A stretch of 64,000 nt of DNA from an uncultured Candidatus Binatia bacterium (lineage in GTDB: Bacteria > Desulfobacterota > Binatia > UBA9968 > CAXXLF01): NCBI GenBank assembly GCA_965218425.1, contig OZ244621.1:3104001-3168000 (forward strand), in the 5' to 3' direction. Made by a program: the position numbers and the translations under genes. The first letter of the stretch is position 1; each line of letters opens with the position of its first letter. The notes under the pieces are model-generated. The model saw only the letters and a list, made by a program, of their open reading frames with translations. It ran no database searches and had not been told where the DNA came from. Shown here piece after piece: positions 1 through 9,896 of this stretch.

Positions 1-140
<140 letters not shown>

Positions 141-158
141 GTCTACCAAAATTCCGTC

Positions 159-1409
159 ATGAAATACGAGCTTTTTGTTGGTCTGCGGTATTTGCGTGCC
201 CGGCGCCGTGAGACCTTTATCTCTTTGCTCTCCATGATCTCCATCCTGGGGGTAATGATCGCTGTTCTCACGCTGAATGTAGTCATTGGAGTTATGACTG
301 GCTTCGAGGAGGTGCTTCGTGACCGCCTGTTGGGAATCAATTCCCATGTGGTTTTGGTGAAGTCCGGGGATCTGCTGCTGAAGTACAACTACCTCACCGA
401 GCAAGTGATGAAGGAAGAAGGGGTCTTGTCCGCAACCCCCATGGTTTACGGGCAGGTCATTTTGACAAAGGGTAATCGGATTTCTGGAGTGGTGGTTCGA
501 GGGGTGGATCCGGATAAGGCAAATGGAGTTGTGGCCATAGAGAAATTTATGGAGGCCGGGAGCTTGAAGGATCTAAAACAGCATCGTGTGGTGCAGGTTA
601 AAGACCGCCCCATGGAGTTGCCCGGAATCATCTTGGGTACCCGGTTAGCCGCCGGTCTCGGAGTCCTGTTGGGGGAGCCCATCCAGTTGGTTTCTCCGCT
701 CGGTAAACCTACGGCTGTTGGAATGGTACCAAAGATTAGGCGTTTTGCCGTGGTGGGGTTATTCAAATCTGGAATGCATGAATACGACAGCAGCTTGGTT
801 TTCATGAATCTTGTCGATGCTCAGCAATTCTTTCAGTTGGGAAATTCGGTGACCAGCATTGAGATTAGGGTTCGGGATGTGGACGAGGCCCGGGCGGTGG
901 CTCAGAGAATTCAGCGGAGATTGGGACTTCCCTACCTGACGGAGGATTGGTCTCGCCTGTGGCCCAATCTGTTTGCCGCCCTTCGACTGGAGCGGTGGGT
1001 ATACATTCTCGTTCTTCTCCTCATGGTGTTGATCGCGGCCTTTAATATCATTTCCACATTAATCATGGTGGTGATGGAAAAACGGAGAGATATCGCCGTT
1101 TTGCGATCCATGGGTGCCAGTCGTGGGAGCATCTGGCGGATATTCTTGCTGAAAGGTTGCGTGATAGGAGCGGCGGGGACTCTCCTGGGATCAATTTTGG
1201 GCTTTGTCATATGCCTGTTTATTCAGGAATACCAATTTATTGAGCTACCCAAAGACGTCTTTCTTGTCTCAACCGTGCCTGTCAAAATTTCTGGTCTTTA
1301 TTTTGTCTTAGTGTCTTTTGTCTCGCTATTAATCTGTCTCCTGGCTAGCATCTATCCGGCGCGCCAGGCCGCGAAATTGGATCCGGTGGAGATTATCCGT
1401 TATGAATGA
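159..1409 (+). CDS. lolE: Lipoprotein-releasing ABC transporter permease LolC/E
   Basis: N-terminal RYLRARRR..FISL and TM segment; EKRRDIAVLRSMGA; C-terminal YPARQAAKLDPVEIIRYE; adjacent to lolD. Confidence 0.92.
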   Translation: MKYELFVGLRYLRARRRETFISLLSMISILGVMIAVLTLNVVIGVMTGFEEVLRDRLLGINSHVVLVKSGDLLLKYNYLTEQVMKEEGVLSATPMVYGQVILTKGNRISGVVVRGVDPDKANGVVAIEKFMEAGSLKDLKQHRVVQVKDRPMELPGIILGTRLAAGLGVLLGEPIQLVSPLGKPTAVGMVPKIRRFAVVGLFKSGMHEYDSSLVFMNLVDAQQFFQLGNSVTSIEIRVRDVDEARAVAQRIQRRLGLPYLTEDWSRLWPNLFAALRLERWVYILVLLLMVLIAAFNIISTLIMVVMEKRRDIAVLRSMGASRGSIWRIFLLKGCVIGAAGTLLGSILGFVICLFIQEYQFIELPKDVFLVSTVPVKISGLYFVLVSFVSLLICLLASIYPARQAAKLDPVEIIRYE

Positions 1410-1466
1410 GCGCCTGAGTCTTTGGGTTTTCCCTGAGATCCAGGTTCGACGTTTCCTTGAGTTGTA

Positions 1467-2147
1467 ATGTCAAATTTGTATTCCATACAGGGTCTCCACA
1501 AGTCATACACCGAGGGCGAAAAGAAAATTGTTGTCCTGTTGGACCTCCAGTTGACCATTGCGGAAGGAGAACGGCTGGCCATCGTGGGCGAATCTGGGGT
1601 GGGTAAAAGCACCTTGCTTCATATTCTTGGGACATTGGATCGTCCCAACAGTGGACAGCTTATCTATCAGGGGAGAGATCTCTTGCTGTTACGGGATGAG
1701 GAACTTGCCCACTTCCGCAATCAAGAGATCGGTTTTGTGTTCCAATTCCACTACCTTCTGCCGGATTTCAGTGCGCTGGAGAATGTAATGCTGCCCGCTC
1801 TAATCCGCGGTTGGACTTGGGAGAAATCGCGTGAGGATGCAGTGAAACTCCTGGAGATGGTGGGATTAAAAGACCGCTCGGAGCATCCACCAGGAAAACT
1901 CTCGGGTGGGGAACAGCAAAGGGTTGCGGTGGCGCGATCCATGATCCTTGAGCCGAAACTCATTATGGCCGACGAGCCCACAGGTGATCTGGATCCTCAT
2001 ACCGGTGAGGAAATCGAAAAACTTTTATTTCATCTCAATGAGGAAAAGGGGGTCGCGTTAGTGGTGGCCACCCATAACTGGCAATTCGCGCGTAGAATCG
2101 GGCGACAAGTGGAGCTACGAGAAGGTGGGCTTTTCCCTGTTCAGTAG
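1467..2147 (+). CDS. lolD: Lipoprotein-releasing ABC transporter ATP-binding protein
   Basis: Walker A GESGVGKS, LolD motif GFVFQFHYLLPDFSALEN, LSGGEQQR, DEPTG. Confidence 0.93.
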   Translation: MSNLYSIQGLHKSYTEGEKKIVVLLDLQLTIAEGERLAIVGESGVGKSTLLHILGTLDRPNSGQLIYQGRDLLLLRDEELAHFRNQEIGFVFQFHYLLPDFSALENVMLPALIRGWTWEKSREDAVKLLEMVGLKDRSEHPPGKLSGGEQQRVAVARSMILEPKLIMADEPTGDLDPHTGEEIEKLLFHLNEEKGVALVVATHNWQFARRIGRQVELREGGLFPVQ

Positions 2148-2433
2148 TGATGGGTGCTTGGGCCCGGGGAACGCTGCTATGGAAAAGGGTTAGGCATAGG
2201 CCTGTTGGGCAAACGGTTAACCAATAAGCCCCTAGAACCCGTAATTATAAAAGGTACCTGGTTTTTGGTTTGCCATGTGCCCATGTATCTAACTTGGATT
2301 AGTCCCAAAGGTGTGATAAGGGCCTAAATTGTAGCATCAATCTTGGCAAGACGGGCTATTTTTGAACTTTACAAAAGTCGTTTAATTTGTTAGGCAAAAT
2401 GAGTTGGGGTGAGCTTTTTGTGGTGCTCAGCCA

Positions 2434-4803
2434 ATGTGGGGTAAAGCCGTTTTAACGTTTAAAACACTTTTTTCCGCCCTCATATTCTCTGCAATTTATC
2501 TTCCTCTAGCCTTTTTGGAGGCGAGTGAGCCCGTGATCATTAAGGAGATCAGGATCCAGGGGAACCTCAGAGCGGAAGATGACGGGATTCGGATTCGCCT
2601 CAAGGCACGCAAGGGCGAGCCCTTCAGTCCGGCTGTGGTACGTGATGACGTGAAGTCCATCTATCAAATGGGGTTTTTTGACGATGTGAAAGCGGACCTC
2701 TCCTCCGACGGGATTCTCACCTACATTGTCAGGGAAAGGCCATACATCAAAGAGATTAGAATTCAGGGCAACGCGAAGGTCAGCAATGAGAAGATCGAGG
2801 CCGCGCTGGGAGTTAAGCCCCGAACCATCCTGGACAGGGATAAGGTGTCAATGGGGGTCGAAAAAGTAAAAAAGCTATACAGCGACCAGGGGTATGTTAG
2901 TGCGAAGGTGGATTTCGCCATTGCAGAGGAAGTCAACAATCAGGCCATGGTTATTCTGGATATCAACGAGGGTAAGCGGCTTTTGATCGAGAAAATTTCC
3001 TTTGAAGGTAACCATGTCTTTACCGACAAGCAGTTAAAAAAACTCATGGCAACGAAACAAAAATGGATCTTGTCTCGATTTACCAGACGGGGGGTATTGG
3101 ATCGGGACATTCTGACGAACGATATCGCGAAGCTGTCAAATCAATATTATGACCACGGGTATATTGATCATAAGATTGATGAGCCCGTGATTTTACGCCG
3201 GAACAAAGGAATCGAGATCGTCATTCGAATTCAGGAAAAAGAAGAATACCGGGTGGGGAAAGTGGAAGTAGGGGGCGAGTTAGTGGAGGATCCCGAAAAG
3301 CTCTTGGAAAAGGTCCAACTGACCACCGGGCAGATTTTTCGCGGAAGTCGCTTGAGGGAGGATATCAAGGTCCTAACCGCTACCTATGCCAATGAAGGGT
3401 ATGCTTTTGCTCGGGTGGATCCAGTGACGAGGGTCAATCATAAGAAAAGAGAAGTGGATATTGCATTGCTGATCAAGAGGGGCCCACCGGTCCATTTTAA
3501 CCGAATCATCATTTCGGGAAACACGAAGACTAGGGATAAGGTCATTCGACGAGAGATAAGGGCGGCTGAACAGGAGCTGGTTTCGATGGGAAAGATTAAG
3601 GAGAGTGAAGGCGCGCTGAACCGCACGGGGTATTTTGAAAGCGCTCAATTGACCACTAAGAAAACCGAGAGGCCGGACGAAGTCAATCTCCATGTGGATG
3701 TCAAGGAGGGTCGCACGGGAAGCTTGGGTGGTGGTGTGGGGTTTAATACGGGGGACGGTTTTTTGATCAGGTTGAACGCTGGCGAGAAGAATCTCTTTGG
3801 CCGCGGATATAAAGTCAACGCCATGTTTGATTTCGGGCAATCCCGGCGTGATTTCATCCTGGGTTTTGCCGATCCTTATTTCCGCGATACCCGTCTATCC
3901 TTGGGTGTTGATGCATTCAATAGCAAGGTGGAATTTGATGAATTTGACTCACGAAGATTGGGTTTCGGCACAACCGCATCCTATCCCATGCGGTATCTAG
4001 AGGTTCCGTTTTTACGACGTTGGCTGCCTAGGGAGGGAAATAAGCGTGAGGGGGAACCATCTCCCTCTATGATTGACCTAATGCGCTTGGGTATGTCTTA
4101 TCGGTTGGTCAAGGCCGATGTTGAGGGAGTTTCAAGCAGTGCCTCACAAGAGGTTCAGGATGAAGCGGGGCCTTCCTTGATCAGCTCGGTGACCCCGAGC
4201 CTCAGTTATGATAGTCGAGACCATGGTTTTCTTCCTACGGAGGGGACCCAATCTAGGACTACTTTCAAGTTTGCAGGCTTGGGAGGTGACAACCGCTTTA
4301 TTAGAACAGACGTTAGGGCGCGTTGGTATCGTACCCTGCTCAATAAACCCCGCTGGGGAGGCGCCTATGTGTTGAGCCTGAGGGGTGCTGTGGGATTAAG
4401 CACGATATTCTCGCGCTCCAACGACTCTGATAGCCTACCCATTGGCCAGAGATATTTCCCCGGTAATCCATCCGTGCGGGGATACGAATCACGAAGTCTT
4501 GGTCCAAAGGACGAGTTGGGTAATGTGGTGGGGGGCGATAAGCAGCTCGTCACGAGCATTCAATTGCGCTTCCCGGTTTTGAAGCAGTACGGTCTCAACG
4601 GGGTGACCTTTTTTGATTCGGGTCAAGCCTTCAGGCAATCCCAGAGTTTTGACATCGGTGCTATGAGAAGTTCCGTGGGACTTGGGGTTCGTTGGTTTTC
4701 TCCCCTTGGCCCATTGGCGGTGGATTTTGGTTTTGCCTTGAATCCAGGGTCAGACGATAAAACCTCGCTGTTTACCTTTAATATAGGCGGTGACCCATTC
4801 TAG
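2434..4803 (+). CDS. bamA: Outer membrane protein assembly factor BamA
   Basis: Signal peptide, POTRA repeats (GNTKTRDKVIRRE), VRGY motif, C-terminal Phe. Confidence 0.95.
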   Translation: MWGKAVLTFKTLFSALIFSAIYLPLAFLEASEPVIIKEIRIQGNLRAEDDGIRIRLKARKGEPFSPAVVRDDVKSIYQMGFFDDVKADLSSDGILTYIVRERPYIKEIRIQGNAKVSNEKIEAALGVKPRTILDRDKVSMGVEKVKKLYSDQGYVSAKVDFAIAEEVNNQAMVILDINEGKRLLIEKISFEGNHVFTDKQLKKLMATKQKWILSRFTRRGVLDRDILTNDIAKLSNQYYDHGYIDHKIDEPVILRRNKGIEIVIRIQEKEEYRVGKVEVGGELVEDPEKLLEKVQLTTGQIFRGSRLREDIKVLTATYANEGYAFARVDPVTRVNHKKREVDIALLIKRGPPVHFNRIIISGNTKTRDKVIRREIRAAEQELVSMGKIKESEGALNRTGYFESAQLTTKKTERPDEVNLHVDVKEGRTGSLGGGVGFNTGDGFLIRLNAGEKNLFGRGYKVNAMFDFGQSRRDFILGFADPYFRDTRLSLGVDAFNSKVEFDEFDSRRLGFGTTASYPMRYLEVPFLRRWLPREGNKREGEPSPSMIDLMRLGMSYRLVKADVEGVSSSASQEVQDEAGPSLISSVTPSLSYDSRDHGFLPTEGTQSRTTFKFAGLGGDNRFIRTDVRARWYRTLLNKPRWGGAYVLSLRGAVGLSTIFSRSNDSDSLPIGQRYFPGNPSVRGYESRSLGPKDELGNVVGGDKQLVTSIQLRFPVLKQYGLNGVTFFDSGQAFRQSQSFDIGAMRSSVGLGVRWFSPLGPLAVDFGFALNPGSDDKTSLFTFNIGGDPF

Positions 4804-4860
4804 TTTGTCCGGGCATCGCATCCGTTCTATCGTAGCCAATATGATCGATTGGAGGTCCAT

Positions 4861-5388
4861 GTGAAAAAAGTGCTGGCCTTGTTCCTTCTAACGCTATTTA
4901 CCGCTCCCGCCTGGGGGCAGGAAAAGATGAAAATCGGATTTGTGGACCTTGAGATGGCTATTAGAAGTTCTAAGGCGGGCAAAGATGCAAAGGCGAAGTT
5001 TGAGGCCCAAATCAAAAGGGTTGAAGCTAGTCTTTTGAAAGAAAAGAACGAAATCGAGAAGTTTAGGGCCGATGCAGAAAAAAAAGGTCTTCTCCTTAAA
5101 GAGGACGAGAAGAGAAACTTGGGGAGGGAGTTTCAAAGACGGTTGCGAGACTATCAGGTGAGGATGCGCGATTCCCAAGAGGAGCTCCGTGCGAGGGAAC
5201 GAGAGGCCATGGACAACATCCTCAAGCAGATTGCCAGTGTGGTATCCGAGGTTGGAAAGAAGGAAAAATTTACTCTCATTCTTACCCGAAATCAGATGCT
5301 CTACGTGGATAAAGGGGTCGATATCACCCAAAAGGTTGTGGAACTCTACAATCGTAAAGTTGGGGCGGGAGTGGTAAAAGCCAAGTGA
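4861..5388 (+). CDS. skp: Periplasmic chaperone Skp/OmpH
   Basis: GTG start after GGAGG; signal peptide, KIGFVD, coiled coil, DIT..V at C-terminus; follows bamA. Confidence 0.9.
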   Translation: MKKVLALFLLTLFTAPAWGQEKMKIGFVDLEMAIRSSKAGKDAKAKFEAQIKRVEASLLKEKNEIEKFRADAEKKGLLLKEDEKRNLGREFQRRLRDYQVRMRDSQEELRAREREAMDNILKQIASVVSEVGKKEKFTLILTRNQMLYVDKGVDITQKVVELYNRKVGAGVVKAK

Positions 5389-6461
5389 AGGTGGCGGGTA
5401 AATCGCTTTCCGAATTGGCCACACTGGTGGGTGGCAGGGTCGTTGGGGATGAAAAAGTTGAGATTCAAAGGGTCGCATCCATTGATGAAGCCGTAACCGG
5501 AGATATCACCTTTTTCACCTCACCGCGATACCAGACCTATCTCCAGAGCTGCAAGGCTAGCGCAATCATCATCGGAAACCAGATAGCCCTTCCCTCCCAG
5601 GATCAAAATAGCTTTCTCGTAGTTGATCAACCTTACCTAGCCTTTGCCAAGATTCTTGATGCCTTGACGCCAAAGCCGCAATTTGACGGTCGAATCAGCC
5701 CCAGTTCCAGTATCGGTGATAGTGCTGTCCTGGGAGAGAATGTTACCGTGTTCCCCCATGTCTATGTGGGGGAGAGGGTCAAAGTGGGGCGAGGGTCAGT
5801 GCTTTTTCCCAGTGTGTTTTTGGGAGACGGTGTGGAGGTTGGGGAGGATTGCATCTTGTATCCCCAAGTCACCATCCGTGAGGGCTGTCGCTTGGGTAAC
5901 CGGGTGATGCTCCATGCAGGCGTGGTGATCGGAAGTGACGGATTCGGATTTGCAGAAGAGCGAGGTGTGCAGAGGAAAATTCCCCAGGTGGGTACCGTAG
6001 AGATAGGAGACGACGTAGAAATTGGGGCCAACACGACGGTGGATCGTGCGACCCTTGGTTGTACCAAGATCGGTCAAGGCACCAAGATCGACAACCTGGT
6101 ACAGATTGCCCATAACGTGGTGGTGGGAGAAAATACGGTCATTGTGGCTCAAGCGGGAATCGCTGGAAGCACCCGCATTGGTAAGGAAGTGATCGTGGCG
6201 GGTCAGGTGGGTATTGTCAATCATATTGAGATAGGTGACCGGGCAAGGATCGGACCTCAGTCGGGGATTGTCCAGTCGGTGCCCCCTGGGGCGGTTCTCT
6301 CGGGAGGATTTCAGGCTGTTCCCCACAAAGACTGGATTAAGGTCAGGGCGCTGATTCCCCGTTTGCCGAAGCTTTGGAACACTGTCCGCCATCTGGAGCG
6401 CAAGGTCGGTCAGTTAAGCCGCAGGGCTGGAAAGAGGGTGACCACTCATGATGGACGTTAG
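5385..6461 (+). CDS. lpxD: UDP-3-O-acylglucosamine N-acyltransferase
   Basis: Hexapeptide repeats, GSDGFGF, KIDNLVQIAHNV. Confidence 0.96.
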   Translation: MKVAGKSLSELATLVGGRVVGDEKVEIQRVASIDEAVTGDITFFTSPRYQTYLQSCKASAIIIGNQIALPSQDQNSFLVVDQPYLAFAKILDALTPKPQFDGRISPSSSIGDSAVLGENVTVFPHVYVGERVKVGRGSVLFPSVFLGDGVEVGEDCILYPQVTIREGCRLGNRVMLHAGVVIGSDGFGFAEERGVQRKIPQVGTVEIGDDVEIGANTTVDRATLGCTKIGQGTKIDNLVQIAHNVVVGENTVIVAQAGIAGSTRIGKEVIVAGQVGIVNHIEIGDRARIGPQSGIVQSVPPGAVLSGGFQAVPHKDWIKVRALIPRLPKLWNTVRHLERKVGQLSRRAGKRVTTHDGR

Positions 6462-6885
6462 GGAGATCCTGAAACACCTCCCCCATCGGTATCCGTTCCT
6501 TATGGTGGATCGAATTCTGGAAATGGAGCCGGGGACCAGAATTGTCGGCATCAAGAACGTTACCTACAATGAGAACTTCTTCCAGGGCCATTTCCCAGGT
6601 AAACCTATTATGCCCGGGGTACTGATTTGTGAAGCCATAGCGCAGGTGGGTGCGATTCTAGCCCACTCTTCAGGATCCTTCACTGGTGAAGACAAGATTT
6701 TCATGCTCACCGGGTTGGACCGGGTTAAGATCAAGCGGGTTGTAGAGCCGGGCGATCAGTTGCGCTTGGAATTGACTTTACTGAAACGACGGGGGTCCTA
6801 TTGGAAGATGTCAGGCGAGGCGAGCGTCGATGGAAAGCTGGTTGCTCAAGTAGAACTGTCAGCCATGGAAGTTTCGCGCGAGTAA
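6448..6885 (+). CDS. fabZ: 3-hydroxyacyl-ACP dehydratase
   Basis: LPHRYPFLMVDR and FFQGHFPGKPIMPGVLICEA motifs. Confidence 0.97.
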   Translation: MMDVREILKHLPHRYPFLMVDRILEMEPGTRIVGIKNVTYNENFFQGHFPGKPIMPGVLICEAIAQVGAILAHSSGSFTGEDKIFMLTGLDRVKIKRVVEPGDQLRLELTLLKRRGSYWKMSGEASVDGKLVAQVELSAMEVSRE

Positions 6886-6908
6886 GGTAGGATTTGAAGC
6901 AATTGACC

Positions 6909-7685
6909 ATGGGGAAAATTCATCCTACGGCTATTGTGGACCGTCACGCAGAGTTAGATACGAATGTCGAGGTGGGACCCTACTCTGTCATCGGCCCGAA
7001 GGTTAAAATTGGCAAGGGGACAAAGATTAAGTCCCACGTAGCCATTGAGGGCAACACCACCATCGGCGAAGGGAACACAATATTCCAGTTTGCAACCGTA
7101 GGCTCTGTTCCCCAGGACCTCAAGTATCAGGGGGAGGACAGCCAACTCATCATTGGTGCTGGCAACACGGTGAGGGAGTTCGCCTCGCTCAATCCTGGAA
7201 CCACGGGCGGAGGGATGATTACTCGCGTGGGGGGCCAAAACCTTCTCATGATGTATTCCCATGTGGCCCATGATTGCATCATCGGCAACCATAACATCGT
7301 TGCCAATGGGGCTACTTTAGGAGGCCATGTGGTCATTGAGGACTATGCCATCGTGGGAGGACTCGTTGGAATCCACCAGTTTGTGAAGGTGGGAACTGGT
7401 GCGATTTTGGGAGCTGGCTCCATGGTTTCAAAAGATATTCCGCCTTACTGTAATGCCACGGGAGATCGTGTCAAGCTCAGGGGCCTCAACCTTGAGGGGC
7501 TTAAGCGAAAGAAGTTTAGCCGAGAGAAAATCGATGCTCTGAAGAACGCTTACCGAATTATCTTTCAGTCGGGTTTGAGGACCAAGCAGGCGCTGGAGAA
7601 GATCAGGAGCGACGGGCCGCTGACTACGGAAGTAGAACAAATGGTCCGCTTTATAGAGAATTCTCAAAGGGGAATTTGCCGTTAA
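6909..7685 (+). CDS. lpxA: UDP-N-acetylglucosamine O-acyltransferase
   Basis: IHPTAIVD, PQDLKY, HVAHDC, HQF; ATG at 6909 preferred over TTG at 6894. Confidence 0.96.
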   Translation: MGKIHPTAIVDRHAELDTNVEVGPYSVIGPKVKIGKGTKIKSHVAIEGNTTIGEGNTIFQFATVGSVPQDLKYQGEDSQLIIGAGNTVREFASLNPGTTGGGMITRVGGQNLLMMYSHVAHDCIIGNHNIVANGATLGGHVVIEDYAIVGGLVGIHQFVKVGTGAILGAGSMVSKDIPPYCNATGDRVKLRGLNLEGLKRKKFSREKIDALKNAYRIIFQSGLRTKQALEKIRSDGPLTTEVEQMVRFIENSQRGICR

Positions 7686-7823
7686 AAAGATAATGAGTTT
7701 CTTAGTGTCTAGTAAGGTAAAGCAGGCGGTCACCCTCGGGCCGAACCCTTCGGTTAGGCTGAGCTATTGTCGAAGTCCGAAGGCGGTCAACGAGTCTCTA
7801 TTTTGTAAGCCGCCACTCCGGCC

Positions 7824-7846
7824 GCTACAAGGGAGGCCCTTGTAGC
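7824..7846. repeat. Perfect 10-bp hairpin in the lpxA-lpxI spacer
   Basis: GCTACAAGGG-agg-CCCTTGTAGC. Confidence 0.6.
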
Positions 7847-8035
7847 CACTCGGGCCTGAACAAAACTCTATGTTGCTGTGCCCGCGCTCTTCAGGACTCA
7901 TGCCTCGGTTGTCTTTTGGGTCATTGCTTTTAAGCTTCATGGCAAGTAACGTCTCTTGAAAAAAGCGTTGCGGTTGTAGGGCGCATTCCATAGAAAATGT
8001 TCGAACGGTTTTAAGTGTTGGGAACGTATTTTCCG

Positions 8036-8842
8036 ATGAAGAAGTTGGGGCTTATTGCAGGTAATGGTATCTTTCCTTTGATCTTTGCCAAGGAGGCAAA
8101 ACAGGAGGACGTTTCTTTAGTAGCGGTGGCCCATCGAGGTGAAACATCTCAGGCCCTCGAGGAGTTGGCTGACAGTGTGACCTGGATACGCGTGGGTGAA
8201 TTAGGAAAAATCATTCGTACCTTTCATCAGGCGGGAGTCAATGAGGCCGTGATGGTGGGTGGCATCGGTAAAGCCAAGCTCTTTGCTAATTTTTGGCCCG
8301 ACCTGAGGGGGGCGACGTTCCTAGCGCGGATAAGGAGCCGGGAGGACGATCAGCTGCTCAAGGGAGTAGCGAAGGAGTTGGAAGGGGAGGGAATTCGGGT
8401 CCTGGAGTCTACACTATTCTTGTCGCGGATTATCCCATCGGAGGGTGTGTTGTCTCGTTTATCGCCTACCTCCGAGCAATGGGAGGATATTCGCCTGGGG
8501 ATTGAAGTGGCCAAGGCCATCGGGCGGTTGGGCGTGGGACAAACCGTAGTGGTCAAAAGCCGTGTGGTTTTAGCGGTGGAAGCCATCGAGGGTACGGATG
8601 CGGCCATCCTCAGGGGAGGAAAATTGGGAAAGGGTGGGGTTGTGGTGGTTAAAGTCAGCAAGCCACAGCAGGACCTGCGTTTCGACGTGCCAGCCGTGGG
8701 AGTGGATACCATTAAGGTCCTCAGTGATGTGGGGGGAGGCGTTTTGGCCGTGGAAGCCGACCGTACCATCCTATTGGAAAAGGAAGAACTGGTGAAGGAG
8801 GCAGATCGGGTAGGAGTTACGGTGGTTGCAGTTAAGTGTTAA
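8036..8842 (+). CDS. lpxI: UDP-2,3-diacylglucosamine diphosphatase LpxI
   Basis: LGLIAGNGIFP, GQTVVV, AVEAIEGTD, QDLRFDVPAVG. Confidence 0.93.
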   Translation: MKKLGLIAGNGIFPLIFAKEAKQEDVSLVAVAHRGETSQALEELADSVTWIRVGELGKIIRTFHQAGVNEAVMVGGIGKAKLFANFWPDLRGATFLARIRSREDDQLLKGVAKELEGEGIRVLESTLFLSRIIPSEGVLSRLSPTSEQWEDIRLGIEVAKAIGRLGVGQTVVVKSRVVLAVEAIEGTDAAILRGGKLGKGGVVVVKVSKPQQDLRFDVPAVGVDTIKVLSDVGGGVLAVEADRTILLEKEELVKEADRVGVTVVAVKC

Positions 8843-8874
8843 ACGATCTTGCCTTGATCTGACCTACCACAAGC

Positions 8875-9876
8875 GTGACGGGAACCATGAACGTGCAAAA
8901 ATCTTCCCGGGGAGGGAAGAGGCCGAATAGCGATCAAAACCTGGAGAAAGCCCATGGACTACTCGATGTGGGGGTCGTTGGAGTTGGGTATGTAGGCAAG
9001 CGACACGCCGAAAAGTATGCAGCCTCTGGCAAGGCTCAGTTGATGGGTGTGGTGGATATTGTTCCAGAGCGGAGCAAACAGGTGGGTGAAGAGCTTGACG
9101 TGACTTCCCTCACGGATTATCGTGACCTGTTCGGCCTCGTGAACTGCGTAAGCATCGCTGTCCCCACTAACCTTCACTTTCCCGTGGCCAGTGCCTTTCT
9201 GTCTGCCGGGATTGATGTGTTGGTTGAGAAACCCATGGCCGCCACGTTGGAAGAGGGCGGGAAGTTAGTCGATCTGGCAAAGGAGAAAAAACGTATACTT
9301 CAAATTGGCCACTTGGAGCGGTTTAATCCTGCCGTGCGTAAATTGGAGACCGTCATTCGAGACCCTAGGTTTATTGAATGCCATCGTCTCGCCTCCTTTG
9401 TGGAACGCGGAACGGACGTGGATGTGGTTTTTGATCTCATGATTCACGACATTGACGTCATCGCAAGCCTAGTCCGGGCGCCGGTGGAGGAAGTCCACGC
9501 AGTGGGAGTGCCGATCTTGACGGATAAACCGGATATCGCCAATGCACGTTTACAATTTGCCAACGGAAGTGTTGCCAATGTTACGGCGAGTCGGGTTTCC
9601 ATGAAACGAGAAAGAAAGATCCGTTTTTTTCAGCCGGATGCCTATATTTCGCTCGATTACGATGGTAAACGAGCGCAAATCTATCGCAAGTCGGGGACTG
9701 GAAAGGGATTAGAGAGCATTCTAGCTGAGACGATGGAAATGCAAGAGGGGGACGCCCTGGCGGATGAGATTGACTCGTTTCTAAATTCAGTTAAATCCCG
9801 TGAAAGGCCTCTGGTGAGTGGAGAGGAAGGGCTGACAGCCCTCAGAATTGCGTCAATGATTAGTAACCAGCTTTGA
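8875..9876 (+). CDS. Gfo/Idh/MocA oxidoreductase, GnnA-like (start uncertain)
   Basis: GVGYVG Rossmann motif, VEKP, GHLERFNP, DLMIHDID; lies between lpxI and lpxB. Confidence 0.85.
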   Translation: MTGTMNVQKSSRGGKRPNSDQNLEKAHGLLDVGVVGVGYVGKRHAEKYAASGKAQLMGVVDIVPERSKQVGEELDVTSLTDYRDLFGLVNCVSIAVPTNLHFPVASAFLSAGIDVLVEKPMAATLEEGGKLVDLAKEKKRILQIGHLERFNPAVRKLETVIRDPRFIECHRLASFVERGTDVDVVFDLMIHDIDVIASLVRAPVEEVHAVGVPILTDKPDIANARLQFANGSVANVTASRVSMKRERKIRFFQPDAYISLDYDGKRAQIYRKSGTGKGLESILAETMEMQEGDALADEIDSFLNSVKSRERPLVSGEEGLTALRIASMISNQL

Positions 9877-9896
9877 GACGGCGGGTTCAGGATTTG

